Assembly: GCA_039621445.1 (NCBI GenBank)
Contig: CP154954.1
Location: forward strand, 45,425,847 to 45,489,846
Reading direction: 5' to 3'
Length of the DNA: 64,000 bases
Source of the DNA: Euglena gracilis
Taxonomy: Eukaryota
Both the position numbers and the translations under genes were made by a program. Position 1 is the stretch's first letter. Each line of letters starts with the position of its first letter. Positions 24,203 to 37,426 of the stretch are shown one piece after another. Under the pieces are notes generated by a model. It was given only the letters and a program-made list of their open reading frames with translations. It was not told the DNA's origin and did no database searches.

Positions 24203-24529
24203 CTGCAAAACCTTCAAGAGACATATGGTCACTGCTCCAGACTCACTACAGCTAACATCAAACACAACTTGGCACATAACCCAATGTCAGAACAGCCATA
24301 TGATGGTCCCTTGGGATTTGGGGGTCGGTCCCATCTTCATGATAATCGTCATTAATCTTCATAATATCTCCATCTTCATAAGCAGTGGGTCCACTGGCGC
24401 TTTTCCAACAACATGGCAACCCCCGGCAGTGGCATGGGGCGGCCATTTAAATCATAGATCCAGTGAACCCCTGGGACAACAGGCGCAACCCCTCCCCTTC
24501 CCTCACAGCATTGCATGATACAAACAAAC

Positions 24530-24882
24530 CTGCAGAGTATCCAGTTTGGGGAGGAGCCACAGGAGGGGCATAGGAGGCCTGCGGGACTGGGAATGGGGCG
24601 TGTGGCTGAAAAGAGCCGAAATCCGAAGGTCGGTGAGGGGGGAGGGGGACGGGGAGTGGCCTGTGCCCAACGACATTCTGAACCCGCGCACTGGGGAAAA
24701 AAGGGGGGCAATGAGCACAGTTCGCCAGCGGGCCTGGGGATGGGGGCAGGCCTGACAGGGGGTGGGAAGGGGGTGGGGGTGGCAAATGGAGGGGAAAAGG
24801 TGGGCGTCCCTTGGGAGAGCAAATGGCTTGGCAGAGGAGGGGGGGAGCGTGGTATCGTTGGGGCTGCGGTGCTGGGGGGCAC
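24530..24882 (-). CDS. Exon, Pro-rich (VPPSTAAPTIPRSPPPLP...)
   Basis: TTTTGTTCAG acceptor, phase 0; AG|GTTTGT donor; 117 open codons. Confidence 0.65.
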
Positions 24883-25945
24883 CTGAACAAAAGGTCCCGC
24901 AAAAGAATAAACAATGACTGACAGATTCCTCTGCTCCAAACCACCGCAAATGCAACCAGGCGTCTGCCCCAACACTGAATGCAACAGGATTCGTATTTGT
25001 ATTCGTGAATCAGAAATTACCAAAACGTGCCGAAAACAGAAATTTCTGAGAGGGAGTAAACGATGGTTCTTTTTAACTTCGGGCTTTGGGGCAGAGATCC
25101 ATAGAAATTCGAGGCCAGTCGTGTAAAAGACAGATTTTAGAACTTGTGACAAAAACAGAGACATTTTGATACACACATACATACACATCTGGGGTCAACC
25201 CCAGCCAGGGCTGTGTGGGAAGTGGGTCAGTGGGTGTCAACCCCCTGCCCTCCCCTGGGTCCAAAAAAAACCTCTGAAAGGAACGTTACCTTCCCATGCT
25301 CACCAAAGACATGTAGAATTTTCAACAGAAAAAAAAGCCAAATTTTGGCACAAAAAGAGCAAAAACATTCATATTTAAATTTCATATTCATATTTATTTT
25401 TCTTTAAAATTGCCATCGTTTGTTGCAGACACAAACAATTTCTGAAGCCAAAGGGGTCCCGACCCTCTGGGGGAGGGGTTCAGCTAACAACAACCTTCTT
25501 CTCCAGCCAACAATTCCAGCCTCCTACCTGGCTGGAGGTTCGCCAGCCAGGCTGGAGGCTTGCGAACCTCCAGCTTGGCAAAGCCTGGTTTGCCAAGCTG
25601 GAGGTTTTTTCCAGCCTGGCGAACCCGGGCTGGACCGATAAAGGGTTCGAATTGGCCAAAAACGGCATTTGGGTTTTTTTTATCTTTGGGCTTTTTCCTC
25701 GAAATTTTGGGCGATAATTTTCAACCCAGTTGGATTTGGGCTTTTGCCAGCTTTCAGGAATCAACTGGGTGCAGTCAGGCAACCGGTTGGCAATCCGGCA
25801 ACCACACCCCTGGTGTCGGGGTTGGGGAGGGAGGGAGGGAGTTAACAATTCAAAATAAAAATACAAAAACATTGATCTCTTGATTGAGGTTGAGATTGAG
25901 GTTTTAAGAACCGGGGAACACCACACGGCAAAGATTTCTGCACAC

Positions 25946-26089
25946 CCATTCTAGACGTTCCGTCTCTCTCATGCAGAACCACTGAACCATTTCTGGAATT
26001 GAGACATCTGGGCTAAAATGGTGGCCAAACTCACGAATAGCCCTCATCCGTAACTCCTCTGGTGACAGCTCCATCAAATCATCAGCAAG
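25946..26089 (-). CDS. Exon (LADDLMELSPEELRMRAIREFGHHFSPDVSIPEMVQWFCMRETERLEW)
   Basis: CCTGTGCAG acceptor and TGG|GTGTGC donor; 48 codons; helical, protein-like. Confidence 0.7.
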
Positions 26090-29000
26090 CTGCACAGGAA
26101 TGGAATGATAATGGGAGAGGAAAAAAACGCTTTTCAAAACACCCTGTTCACGTCCTTCATCATTTCCCTTGTATCATCTCAATCGCAAACCTTGGGAATT
26201 GAACCAGAACCAAAAATTGACCAAAGGACGCACAGGGCCCCCCCCCCTCGGGGTTGGCTAAAAGAGGGGGGGGGGGGACATGGCCCCCCGCTTGAACAGT
26301 GACGCGGTCCGGGTGACTGACTTTCAGCCCGGTGCAAAGCGCCGGACCGAAAACTTTGACACCCCAAAACAGCCAAAAGTGCCATTATGGGCACTTTTGG
26401 GCAAAATTTGTCAAAAAAATTTCGGTGCAAAGTGCCAGAAGGGAAAAAAAAATGCCCTTTGGGGGTCCCGGGAACCCCCCAGGGGTGGTCTGGACCCCCT
26501 TGTCAGGTGAAGGGGGTCCGGACCCCCCCCCCCCGGTCCGGGAGGGGGGGATGCCCAAGCAAATTTCCCTTGATAATGGCCATTTTTTAGGCCTCAGCAT
26601 CTTCGGTGCCAGGGAGTGTGCTATAGCACTGCTACCCCAAAATCCGACCTCCCCCGGGGGGGGGGGCGGGAAAGAGGGAGGGGGGGGGGGAAAAAGGGGG
26701 GGGGGGGGGGAAAGAAAGAAAAAAGGAAGACAAGACAAACCGGGAGGTTAGGATAGCGAAAAAAAAAATGCCACCTTTTATAGATTTTATAGAGTACTGG
26801 GATTTGATCGCGAGAAGGGACAGGAAGAACTTGTGAGAAAGGGCAAACATGCGGCTGAAAACTCCTTGAAACAAACAGCCTCAAAAGATGTGCAGAACAA
26901 ACAAAAAATATGCAAAAATATGTGCTTTTGGCCAAGAGAAAGGCAAATTGTCCACAAAACATGCAATCTCGCACATTCTTTCTTTGTCGATGTGCGCAAT
27001 TGCGCAAATTGACAAAATTTTTTTTTAAAAAAAATCCTTGAACCGTCAACTGCACTTGGTGAAACAGAAACATGTAGGATGCACACCTCATGAAACACAT
27101 TAGGAAACACGAAGGTTCCAGTTTATCATCCTAACGAGCTTTCTGATGTATCTGAGCGACAGATTCGTGTTCTTGTCTGTCAAACAGGTGGGCTGTGCAC
27201 CCTGGCTGTTACGACTATGGGCTTTGGAACGTCCCTGCTGCCTGTAACTGCCGGGTGCCGCACATTTGTTTGATGGAGTCCAACTTTCCACCATTTGGAC
27301 AATGTGATGTGCAGCTAAATCAGAGAAAAAAACACACACCAACCGCTAACACAAAATATGTAACCCCCGAATAGAAGCACAGGTGCGCTTATAGCGGACC
27401 GCCGCCTCCGTCGACGGGGTGCACTTCTAATTGGACCACACCTGCGCGATAACAGTTGGCGTGCGCACTTGCGCACACTGATCATTGTGGTGCAAAACGT
27501 TTGAAACTATTGTGTGGTGAAAAAAAAATTCCAGTTTCATGTAATGCGAAATGTGCAGGAGAACACACCCTATGACAAGAGAAAATTTGTCTCTGCTCTG
27601 TGTGCAACTTTGTACATCTCATCTCCAACCCGCACGATCGATCGTTTTCGCATCATTGGTTTGGAAATTGCCGGGAGGAATTGAGGACGTGTAACCCCCG
27701 TGATTGTTGGGCATTTTTCTTCAAAAATGACGACTTCTGGGATTTAAAATTTCTGCATGTTTAATCTTCCTGCGGCCGGGAATTGTTCTTCTGTTTTATC
27801 ACGGTCTCATTGTTTCCTCGGAAAACAAGCAACGCACCAGTGCGTTGCACAATATCTGGGTGTTAAGTCCCAGTGCTTTCACGCAACCCCACTATGTGTA
27901 ATAATTAAATATTCTCTGCCTCTAAAACAGTGAGATTTGTGGCCACACTTCTGATGCTGCTATTTTCAATTGTTTCCATGGACTCGCAGCATGCCCCCCC
28001 CCCAGTCTGTCGTCCTGGTTGTGGGGGATAACATAGCACCCCTTGGTGGTTGCTGAAGCATAATCACCCGTCGTCACCTGATGTGATTGTTGCAGCAAAA
28101 CCAAGCCAGGGGGGCAAGCGGCGGGAGTTTTCGAGGTCCACCCATTACCGCCGTTGCACATGTGCCCGCGATGTGTCTGTGGTGGGCCACCTATTAAAGG
28201 CCCACAATCTACAATCTCCACATAGACGTGTGGTAGATGAAATTGTACTTCCCAAGGAGCCATTGAAGGTGGTGTTTGTGGTCATGTTTGATGTGTTCTG
28301 TCTGAAATTTATTGTGGACGCAAATGCACACGTCATAATGGTGTGCCCATTTCGTACTTCGACGGCGTGCATCTTTACACACGTGTTTGGTGTGCACAAA
28401 TGTGTCATGCCAACCACATGCGCAACTTCGCAAACTGACCTTTACTTATTCCGACCTGGTGTTTGATACCAGTGTTCTTTCAATGCATGTGTCTGTTTTC
28501 AGAGAGAGACTGCGTTGTAAGCCCTTCCGCTTATTGTTGTTTAGAAAGGCTCAGGCGCGAGGCCTGTTTGTGTGCCATGACACTAGATTGCATCCCTTTG
28601 CACAAATGCACATCAGGTCGGTTGGCGCAAATGCACATTAATGGTGTGCGCATTTGCGCAAAACGGACCTCATCTTCTCTCCCAAACTCGCAGTGTTTGT
28701 CGCACTGTTTTCAGCAGTGTGAATGCTGGGGGATTTATGGCCGTTGTTGGGCACCCTGGAGTGGTCGATGTGCAAAATTGCGCACGTCGACATCCTTTCT
28801 TTGTTAAAACCGCGGCTGCAATACATCATTCCAATGAAATTTGTGTGATCCCCTCACCTGTTTCATCGCGATAAAATATGGCCGGACGCATCCCCGCTGC
28901 AAGTTCGGTGGCGACTCCTGACCCTTCCCTCCCCTTCGGACCACTTTCCCTTCACCCTGCACGGGCCTTCACAAAAAACCCCGGGCACGCCCTCCTTTCT

Positions 29001-30783
29001 GCGTCCCTGTCCAGCGACGCAACTGGACCCACCTTAACCCCCCCATCCTTGTTTCCGTGCTCCAACAAACGTCCAAAAACACAAATCCGAGGCCGAAAAA
29101 AAATAATAAATTGCGTCAAAACCCCCGGAGGGAGCCAGCCAGCCGTCAGCAACCAGTGAGGAGAGCTGCATTACACAAATGGGGGGAGGCGGCACCGGGG
29201 GGGTTTTGGTGATTTTCCACTTTGAGGGGATAAGTCCGGGGGTTTTTGTGACATTCCTGCTTCAAAAAAGCAAAAAAAAAAAACGCAGTTCCCAGGAAAG
29301 CCAATGCCAAAAACGAGAAATTGCCCGCATTTGGTCCAACCCTGCTTCCTCTCGGTCTCGCCCCTTCTTGCAACATCGGCGCCGGAAGCGATTCTTGGTC
29401 GGGTTGCAAAAATGCGCAAATCGATGCCAGATGTGCCGCTTAAGATCCTCAAAATAGGCCATCCACAAGATCCCCACTGCATTCATTCTCCTATCTTCAG
29501 GGGTGTATAATTTCCGGGGCATGACAGCTCTGCTCATTCGGGGCAGGGACCATACCATTGCTTACTGACCCCCTGGTGGGGAAGTGGGGGGTCATTTTCC
29601 ACTTTCAAAAACCAGTCAATCACTTTGCAAAAACCAGTCCCCAACATCCTGCCCCTCCCCCGGAGGGGGCAGGTCAGTCACTTTGACCACTCGGCCAAAA
29701 ATGGCTCAAAATTAATGGATTTTCGTCAATAATCCAAAAAAAAACTGCAATTCTGTGCCACTTTATGGATTTCTTTTGCCAACCTCCCCCAGAGGGTTTG
29801 GGCCAAAAACCAGTCAATCACTCTGAAAAAAACCAGTCACCCCCCAGATGAAGATCGGCCAGCAACAAAATGATTGTGGCCTCCTATCCACATGGGGCAG
29901 GAAAGCCTGGTTGGCGGGGTGGGGGGCACACCCCCCATCCGCCAGGATGCGGATATGTGTGTGGTCGACCTACCCCCACCCAGAACCATCGGGATTTGGG
30001 GATTTATGCACAAACTTGACAGGGGGCGCAACTACACGACTCGAGATACAATCCAGTGCTTCAAGCCAAAAAGGAAAACATATCCCCTGCATTTTGGGGG
30101 GTCCTTGTTCAAATTGGAGGCATTAAGATACCAAAAGCAACAAATATCTCCCCAAATCAAGCTTCACAAATTCTATCTAAGCTTCACAAATATCGCAATT
30201 TTGGGATTTCTGGGATTTTTGGGATTTGGGGAAAAAACTCTGTCAAAACGTTCTGGAACTTCTGTCACATTTTTGTCAAAATGTCAAAATGTCAAAAATC
30301 CAGAAAAGTCAATATGAATTCTGACATTTCTTTGCGAGGATTTGTCAACCAACTAAGAATATGGAGGGCGCCAGTGGTTGCGATATTTCCATACATTCAT
30401 GCATCCATAAACATGAATTATAAGGATAGCTCTGATGAAGCAGGAAAGATGCAACCTTCTCCAACTTCGCAAGCCAGACACTCTTCTGATCACCTGTGGA
30501 AAAAAATTGAGATAATTGACCAGATTACAAAATCTTTGATGTGGCAATGATGAAAACACTTAGAATTCTTCACAAAGGCAAGAACATCAGGGCACTGAGT
30601 TGGGTCCCCCCACCCACCCAGCCCAGCACGGGACCCCCCCGGGGGGGGACCCCAAAACTCGGGCCATCTGAGGGCATTTCCGCAGTCGCTGTCAGCATGA
30701 TATGCTGACAGTCCACTGTCAGCATATCATGGATTGCTGAAAGCGCTGTTTGTGCCTTGGTCCATCGAGTCAAGGCGCAGAAT

Positions 30784-30962
30784 CCTTGACCCCACCTTTG
30801 AACAACACATGATGGCAACCCTGTCAAAACAGGCTGAGAGTCTGCCAAGGTGACCATTTTGGGCTGAAATTGTCTAAAATGGCCACCTTGGGAGAGTCAC
30901 TGCACTCTCAACCTGCGTTGACAGGGTTGCCATCATGTGTTGTTCAAAGGTGGGGTCCAAGG
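30784..30962. repeat. ~40-bp inverted repeat (foldback / MITE)
   Basis: GACCCCACCTTTGAACAACACATGATGGCAACCCTGTCAA and its exact reverse complement. Confidence 0.85.
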
Positions 30963-31879
30963 CTACCCACCCCATATGGACCACCTCGCCCCCCTCGCCT
31001 AAGCTGGGGTTGGAGGGGTGAACGAGAGGGGCAGAAATCATAAAAATTTGGCTCTCGTGAAACTCGTCAGTGCAAGGCAGCAGAGCTGGCTGGGGCATTG
31101 CTGCGTGGGGCAGGGTGTGCCAGTGTGCACATATCCCATGGGCTGCAGAGGCTTTGGGGCTGGGGGTTGGGTACCACCCACAAAATTTGGGGGTGTACAA
31201 ATAATTAACACCCCTGCTGTGGATGCTGCCAAATCTTGTAATATTTTTATCCAGCACCTCACATATGCAGCTGTGCACATTACACGCAAAAAGGGAACTT
31301 TCCCTCCATAAAAAAAATCAACCCCAAAACAGGCTTTCTTTTCAGCAGCACAGAACCCGGGGGGGTTGCTTCAAGAAAACATCAAAACCTCCCAGGCTTT
31401 GCCAAATGAATCCATATCTCCAAACCCCCCCGCTTATAAACCCCCAGACCCCCCCAGGTAAAAATCAAAATGCTTTTGGTTTTCGTTGAAATGAATTTTT
31501 TTGTTTATTTGACGACATAAATGACCCCAACATACAAAACAAATTTTACAGCGATTCCAAAAAAATGCAAAGATGAGGAGAATTTTTTCTTCCATTTTAC
31601 CCCAACACCCCCCCCCCCCCCGTGCTCGGCCCAACCATTTCTTAAACGAAAAACATCAAAGTAAGCAGTGTCCTTACAAAAAGGGAAGTGGGAGGGTGTG
31701 GGGGGGTAGAGGGGGCATATATGGCAAAATAAATTTACGCCCTCGCCCCCCTCAGAGGGGGGAGGGGCGGGGGTGGTCGGGGGGGGGGGCGTGGGGGGTC
31801 TCATCGCAAAGAGCGCAGCACTATTCAAAACTGGGTTAAAAATGGGGGGGGTTATAACGAGGGTGAGGTTGGCAAACAC

Positions 31880-32098
31880 TTTACTGGAGGAATCGGTTTG
31901 CAGACCTTCAGCTTCGTCTGGCACTCCTTGCAAATCAGCTGGAACCGCGCGGCTTGCTGTGACAGTTGTGCCAGCAACCTCCAACCTTCCTGCTGCTATC
32001 AGTTGTCTTGCGGTCTCTGCATCCTTGAACGTCAGGAATCCAATCCGCCCTCCGTTGCGCGCCAACGTGATGACCCAATCCACAGGCCCATAAACAGC
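31880..32098 (-). CDS. Exon encoding most of an RRM (AVYGPVDWVITLARNGGRIGFLTFKDAETARQLIAAGRLEVAGTTVTASRA...)
   Basis: RNP1-like RIGFLTF, YGPV and a terminal beta-strand pattern; GTGCAG acceptor. Confidence 0.8.
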
Positions 32099-32263
32099 CT
32101 GCACGTTGTGATCAACAGAGTTGTAACAGCATTCTTTGACAAAAGTATTTTTTTTTTGATGCAAACGCCGATGCCATTGTAACCCGTTGAACATTTGTTG
32201 AACCCCAATCAGAAGCCCCGGCCCGCTGGGCCCCCTCCAGGCCACTCCCTAAATGGAAGCCAC

Positions 32264-32725
32264 CAAGGCTGGAAAGGGGCCAGTGGCCAGGAAAATGGTG
32301 CTGACTGGCTGGACCGCCCCCATGCAAGGCGGGATTTGACCAGCCATGCAATTGCTTACCGACCCCCGGGGGGGGGGGAGGGGGGTCACTCCACTTTTTT
32401 TAAAAACCAGTCAGCCACTCATTTTCAAAAAACCAGCCAGTCACTACACCCCCCCCAGGGGGGGGGGGTCGGCCACTCAGAAAAACGGCCACTTTCCAGT
32501 CACTTTAGGCCATTTTAGGCCCAAAAAAATTTTCCGGCGCCTTTGGCGCCGGGGTCACTCAAGCCACTTTTGCCCACTCCTGGCCGACCCCCCCCCCCCG
32601 GGGGGGGGGAGGGGGGCCGGGCCAAAACCAGTCAGTCACTCTGAAAAAACCAGTCACCCACCCCCGGGGGGGGGGTCGGTCAGTGCTTAAGCAATTGCCT
32701 GTGACCAGCGCTGGGGGGGTGCATC
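32264..32725 (-). CDS. Candidate first coding exon split by a MITE (32705-32725 + 32264-32339): MHPPSAG|QIPPCMGAVQPVSTIFLATGPFPAL
   Basis: CCCTCCGCAG|G-ATG; frame continues only if the MITE plus one TSD is removed; STIFL is RNP2-like. Confidence 0.5.
32345..32701. mobile_element. hAT-type MITE, family A (copy 2)
   Basis: CATGCAATTGCTTA...TAAGCAATTGCCTG; perfect TSD TGACCAGC; degenerate relatives near 9396, 19175 and 29551. Confidence 0.92.
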
Positions 32726-33863
32726 CTGCGGAGGGCCAATAAACAAAACATTGTTACGTTGTTGACATGATGGCGCAATGTAAGGCATGGAGCATTTTCT
32801 TCGCATTTCCTTTTCATTTTCATCTGGTCCCAAAGTTTGCAACTGTTTTGTGCAACATTTGAAATGTTTTTTTTAATAAAAAAAATGCACATTTCCCACC
32901 AATGGTTTAAATTTTTCTGTGCATAAATCCAGAGCAAAAACACATTCAAGATTCATAACCCAGGGCATATTATCATTTCAGTCACTGGCCGACCCCCGGT
33001 TTCAGACCCCTTTTCACCCCCCCCCCCCCAGGTGGGTCGTCAAAGAAACGCCAAAGTGAACTGGCGCTGAAGGCACAAGAAATTTCTGGTTGATTCTTCC
33101 TTCCTGAAAGGAGCCCCCAGGGGTTGCTAGTCACACTGATGTTCCAAAGGAAAAGTGGGGGAATGGTTTTGGGAAGAGTGGGAGTGACCCCAAGGATTTT
33201 TTTTCACAGTGGTCGAGATCTGTTGAATTTGAGCCTTTTCATTCCCAGTGACCTAGGCCTGCGGCCAAGGACCCCGGGGGGGGGGGGGGCTGGGACCACC
33301 CACCAGGGCAGAACGGGAATCGGCCAAATGGGTGGTGGGTGGGGGGGTCGACCACCCCCCACCACCTCTTCCAGTTTTTCTGGTGGCAGTTTTTGGCAGG
33401 CAGGCAGGCACCCCCGGGGGGGGGGTCTGCCTGGTTCTGGGCAAAAAAAAAACTGCCCAAAAACGTGGTTTCCTGGGCGTCTAGCGCCTTTGAGGCAATG
33501 TGCCCTCCTTTGGGGGGGGGCAGGATCTGGGTGCCTTGGAGTGCCTGCCTCTGTCGGCCTCAACCAGGGCGCTTTTTTACCGACCCCCCCCCAGGTCCAG
33601 CTCAGAGCCTCATTTAACCAATGGCTGAAGAAGCCAACCACGGGGCAGACTTTTCGGAGGGGGGGGGGCACTATTCGGAACGTTGGTCGAAAACCGAGGC
33701 TTCTATTGGGGGGGGGGGGCTTCCATCCAGGGGGAGGGTTTATTTGACCCCCTGGGAGGGGTCAAGTTTTCTGAAGCCGCACCCTGGCCTCAACTCAAAA
33801 AAAAAACCCTGCCCCATACCTTTGAAAGGCCTGAAAAAGCTGAAAATGACGGCAATTTCAAAG

Positions 33864-34126
33864 CAGGGGTTTTTTCAAGACCGGGGGGGGGGTCCCCCCA
33901 CGCCCCCGGGGCCGGGGAGTCCCGGGGGACCCAACCCACTTTCCCCCCAAAAGTCCAAAAAACACGAAAAATGCTAAAAATAGCACCTTTTCAAAAATTT
34001 TCGGCGCAAAAGGTGCCAAAAAAGTATATCCCACCCCCCTTTGGGGGTACCCGCCCCCCTGGGGGGGCTTGGCCAGACCCACCCACCCTACCCCCCCCCC
34101 GGTCCAAGACTAAAAAAAAAACCCTG
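33864..34126. mobile_element. hAT-type MITE, family B
   Basis: CAGGGGTTTT...AAAACCCTG; perfect TSD TTTCAAAG. Confidence 0.9.
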
Positions 34127-34778
34127 TTTCAAAGTTATGTCTGGGGTGTTGATTGCATGAAGGTGTGCAAAAAGATAGGAGCTATTTACATTGGGATGAA
34201 TAATTATCTCGAAATCTCCCTCTCTCTCTATACCCCCCCCCGAAGTTGGCAGCACAAAATGGCGCGGCCAATGTGTTAGAGGAAGACAGACCCCCAAAAG
34301 CACGAAATCTGCAAGGAACCTGAATTTGGGTCTTGATATTTGAATCATTTGTGTCATCTGGCAGGCCTCGTAGCTGGACAATTTCTTCTCCAGGAGAGAA
34401 CATCTGTGCACGGTACACAATGCAACAGCAGCCTCACAGAACCACAATGCCCCCCTTTTGGACAACGTGGTCCACTGCACCTCACACTCTCTTCCAGGGC
34501 AGGGGCAGAAGGCGCTGCCGCCTGCAATCATACGGCCCAGGGAGCGGTGAGGTTCAGGAGACAAAGAACAAAAAGAAACAGCACCGGGGTGGTGCATCAT
34601 TGGTAGAAAAGAAGGAGCTGCATCAAAATGTTGCACATCTGTGATCAGCAGCAATTCAAACAGCAGCAGGCCTTGCAATGTTCCACCCCTCAATCCTTTG
34701 CTCAGAAGCTTTGATAAGCAACAGTGATTGAAAAATTGCAAGCATCGATTTCCACTTTCCTTAACATTGCACTCCAAC

Positions 34779-35209
34779 CAGGCATTTGCTTAGGGACCCC
34801 CGGGGGGGGGGGGGGTACTGGCTAGCCAATCGGCTAGACACTGGAAAAAGTGGACTAGCTAAACCCCCCCGGGGGGGGGGGGGTCCAGGGGTCCCCCGGA
34901 CTGGTAAAAAATTTTTCCTCCGGCGCTGCGCGCCAGAGGAAAATGAGGTTTTTAACAGGTTTTTGGCTGATTTTGTTCCAAAAATTCCCAAAAATGGCCA
35001 AAAACGGGCATTTTTGGCCATTTTTGGGGGTCCCAAAAAAAATTTTCAGCGCTTCGCGCCAGTCACTTGAAAAAAAATTTCCATTAGCTAGCCCTGCTAG
35101 CAGACCCCCCGGGGGGGGTCTGCTAGAAAACCCACTAGCCAAATTTGGACTAGCTGCAGTCCAGCCCCCCCCCCCCGGGGGGTACTGCAATCCCTTAAGC
35201 AAATTCCTG
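34779..35209. mobile_element. hAT-type MITE, family C (copy 2, inverted)
   Basis: CAGGCATTTGCTTA...TAAGCAAATTCCTG; perfect TSD ACTCCAAC. Confidence 0.92.
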
Positions 35210-37426
35210 ACTCCAACACCAAACTTCCCATTGGTATCAGACAACCTGGCGCCCACAAAGCGCTGGGTTGCCTGCCCAAACCTTTTAGAGCAAAATGCAA
35301 TCCCCCCGATCTTGTACCCCCTGAACTTGCCCCATAACCGGGGGCAAGGGTCAAAACCCAGAGAAGGCAGGACATTTTTGGAATCCCCCCAACCCTGTAT
35401 GAGAGAGAATTGTCTGCAGCATGGGATGTTCTGACAAATGACATAGAGCAAACGATGCCTGACTCCTTGTTTGGGTAATGCAGACCAGACTCTTTGGGGA
35501 AAAGGTTTTACCACCCGAAAAAAATTGGCCAGCTGAAAGTTGGTCAAAGGCTGAAGACTTCCGAAAACTTTTCAAGGGAAAAGGATTTAAGGAGCTCAAT
35601 TGCCAAATTCATTTCAAATTTACCATTTATGCAAATGTGAATTTTTGAACTGTGTGTTCTTTTGGAGGACTGAGAAAAATGCATCACAAGAAAATTTTGC
35701 GACATGAACTGCAAAGGACAGCACTGCAGACAAACTGCAGAGCAGTGCAGGTGACAGCCGATGAGGTTCGCATTCAACCGGAGAGCATTTTATCTGAATA
35801 GGATTCTCTTCTGGGGGGAGGGGGCTTGAAAGTTGGCGAACTTGACCTGTTAATACATCAGAGTGGGTATTTTGCCGACTCATCAGCTGATTACAAAGAT
35901 CGATCAATTGGAACAACCTCAGTTGAAACTAGCCGCAGCGAGCATGCACTGTGCTCAGGGACCATGCATCAGGGATAACCAACTGTTTTTGGTTTGCCTT
36001 GAATCAACTGGTGAAGAAAAAAAATACCATTTTCTTTCTCAATGGGATGTGTGGGTATGGAAAATGAAAAATGGGGAAATGGTGGCAAATTTTGACAGAT
36101 AATGTGACACAAAATTGGGGCAATTGTGACTCTGTACTTGTTCTGCGAGCTATTTTTAGATCCTAAATTGAACTTGCCAACAATTTTGGTTCCAAAAAAA
36201 AGTCTGAAAACAGATTTGTCACGCATTTTTTTGGTCCAAGGTAATTGTTGGTTGGGAGTGTGACTCCTGAAGCCAAATCTTTAATGTCAATGATAAAAGG
36301 GGTGCCTCTCTGATTTCTACGTGAGGCTGGAGGTGGTTTCAAAGAGACTAAGCAGTCCCCTTCAAGAACCTCAAAGGCCGGCGGGCTCGATTTTGCCAAA
36401 TGCAAAAATTTTGCAAAAAAAAATGGAAATATTCTGGGTGTAATGCAAAGACATTTTTGAGAGGTAATGTGCAGACAAATTGGTGTCAAGCGAGTTCCTA
36501 AATACCTTTGGCTGTGCTCCCCCCGGTCGGATCTGGGTGCCTTGGAGATGGATAGTGGCGTCTGTGAGCCTTTTTTTTAAAAAAAAGTCAAAAGACGGAA
36601 TGCAATTTTTTTCGGCGCAAAAAAACTGTTGTCACCTCTGGGCAAATGCATTTGGACAAAAAATGTTGTTTCCTAAGCAGATGCGAAATCTATCGTGTAC
36701 ACAATGGAGTTGCAGGTCAGGTACGGCCACCCTCCCCCCCAAAGAAGAGACCTTTGCGGATAAACAGGTTTTGGGACCTGGTCTTGCGCCCCCCCCCCCT
36801 GTTCAAAGGTGCAGGTCCAAAGAGCAGGCATGACCCCCCAGGTAGGGGGTTGTCGGGGGTTCAATGAGGGTTTTGCATCCGGTTAGCACAGGTTGGTGGG
36901 AAAGGGGGGGGGTCCAGGGGAGCAATCGCAAACGCTAACCAACTTCATTGGGGAATCAGCCCCCAGATTGTTTCTACCTTCAGAAGCCCCCCTATGGTGT
37001 GTCATCTGACAACACCAATGGCAAAGTGGAGGACCACAGAGGAAGTGTCTCCACACAACACATTCGCAAAGCTCTGGAAAGAAAGCGAGCTCTGATGGCC
37101 CAAATGTCTGCAAAGGAAGAAAATGTTTTCAACCCCCCAAAATCCATCCATTTTCCAAAAATCGAAATTTTGCCATCACTTTTCCCTGCTATTTTTGGTT
37201 CCCATAATCTTGCATCCTGTCATGTTGTCCGTCATGTGTCGGAACATCAGTCAAGGGGGAGGTGACAAGCACAAGCGGAAGGTTGACCTTGTGTGATGAG
37301 TGGATGAGTGGATGACGCAAGCGCTTTTTGAGCCCCCAAAAAGGTAAAGGTAAACCAGCTGCATTTTACCATCAGCACATTGTTACCCCAAATATTGAGA
37401 TGTGAGACATTTCCTTTGGCATCTGC

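Noticed and set aside
27100-29100. MULE/SWIM-like transposase remnant (CACGW)
   Set aside because: Multiple stops and no complete motif; unidentifiable by eye.
32120-32280. Alternative non-conventional junction giving TIFLATGPYSVDHNVQ
   Set aside because: Weak stem, and a canonical GT-AG alternative exists; undecidable without cDNA.
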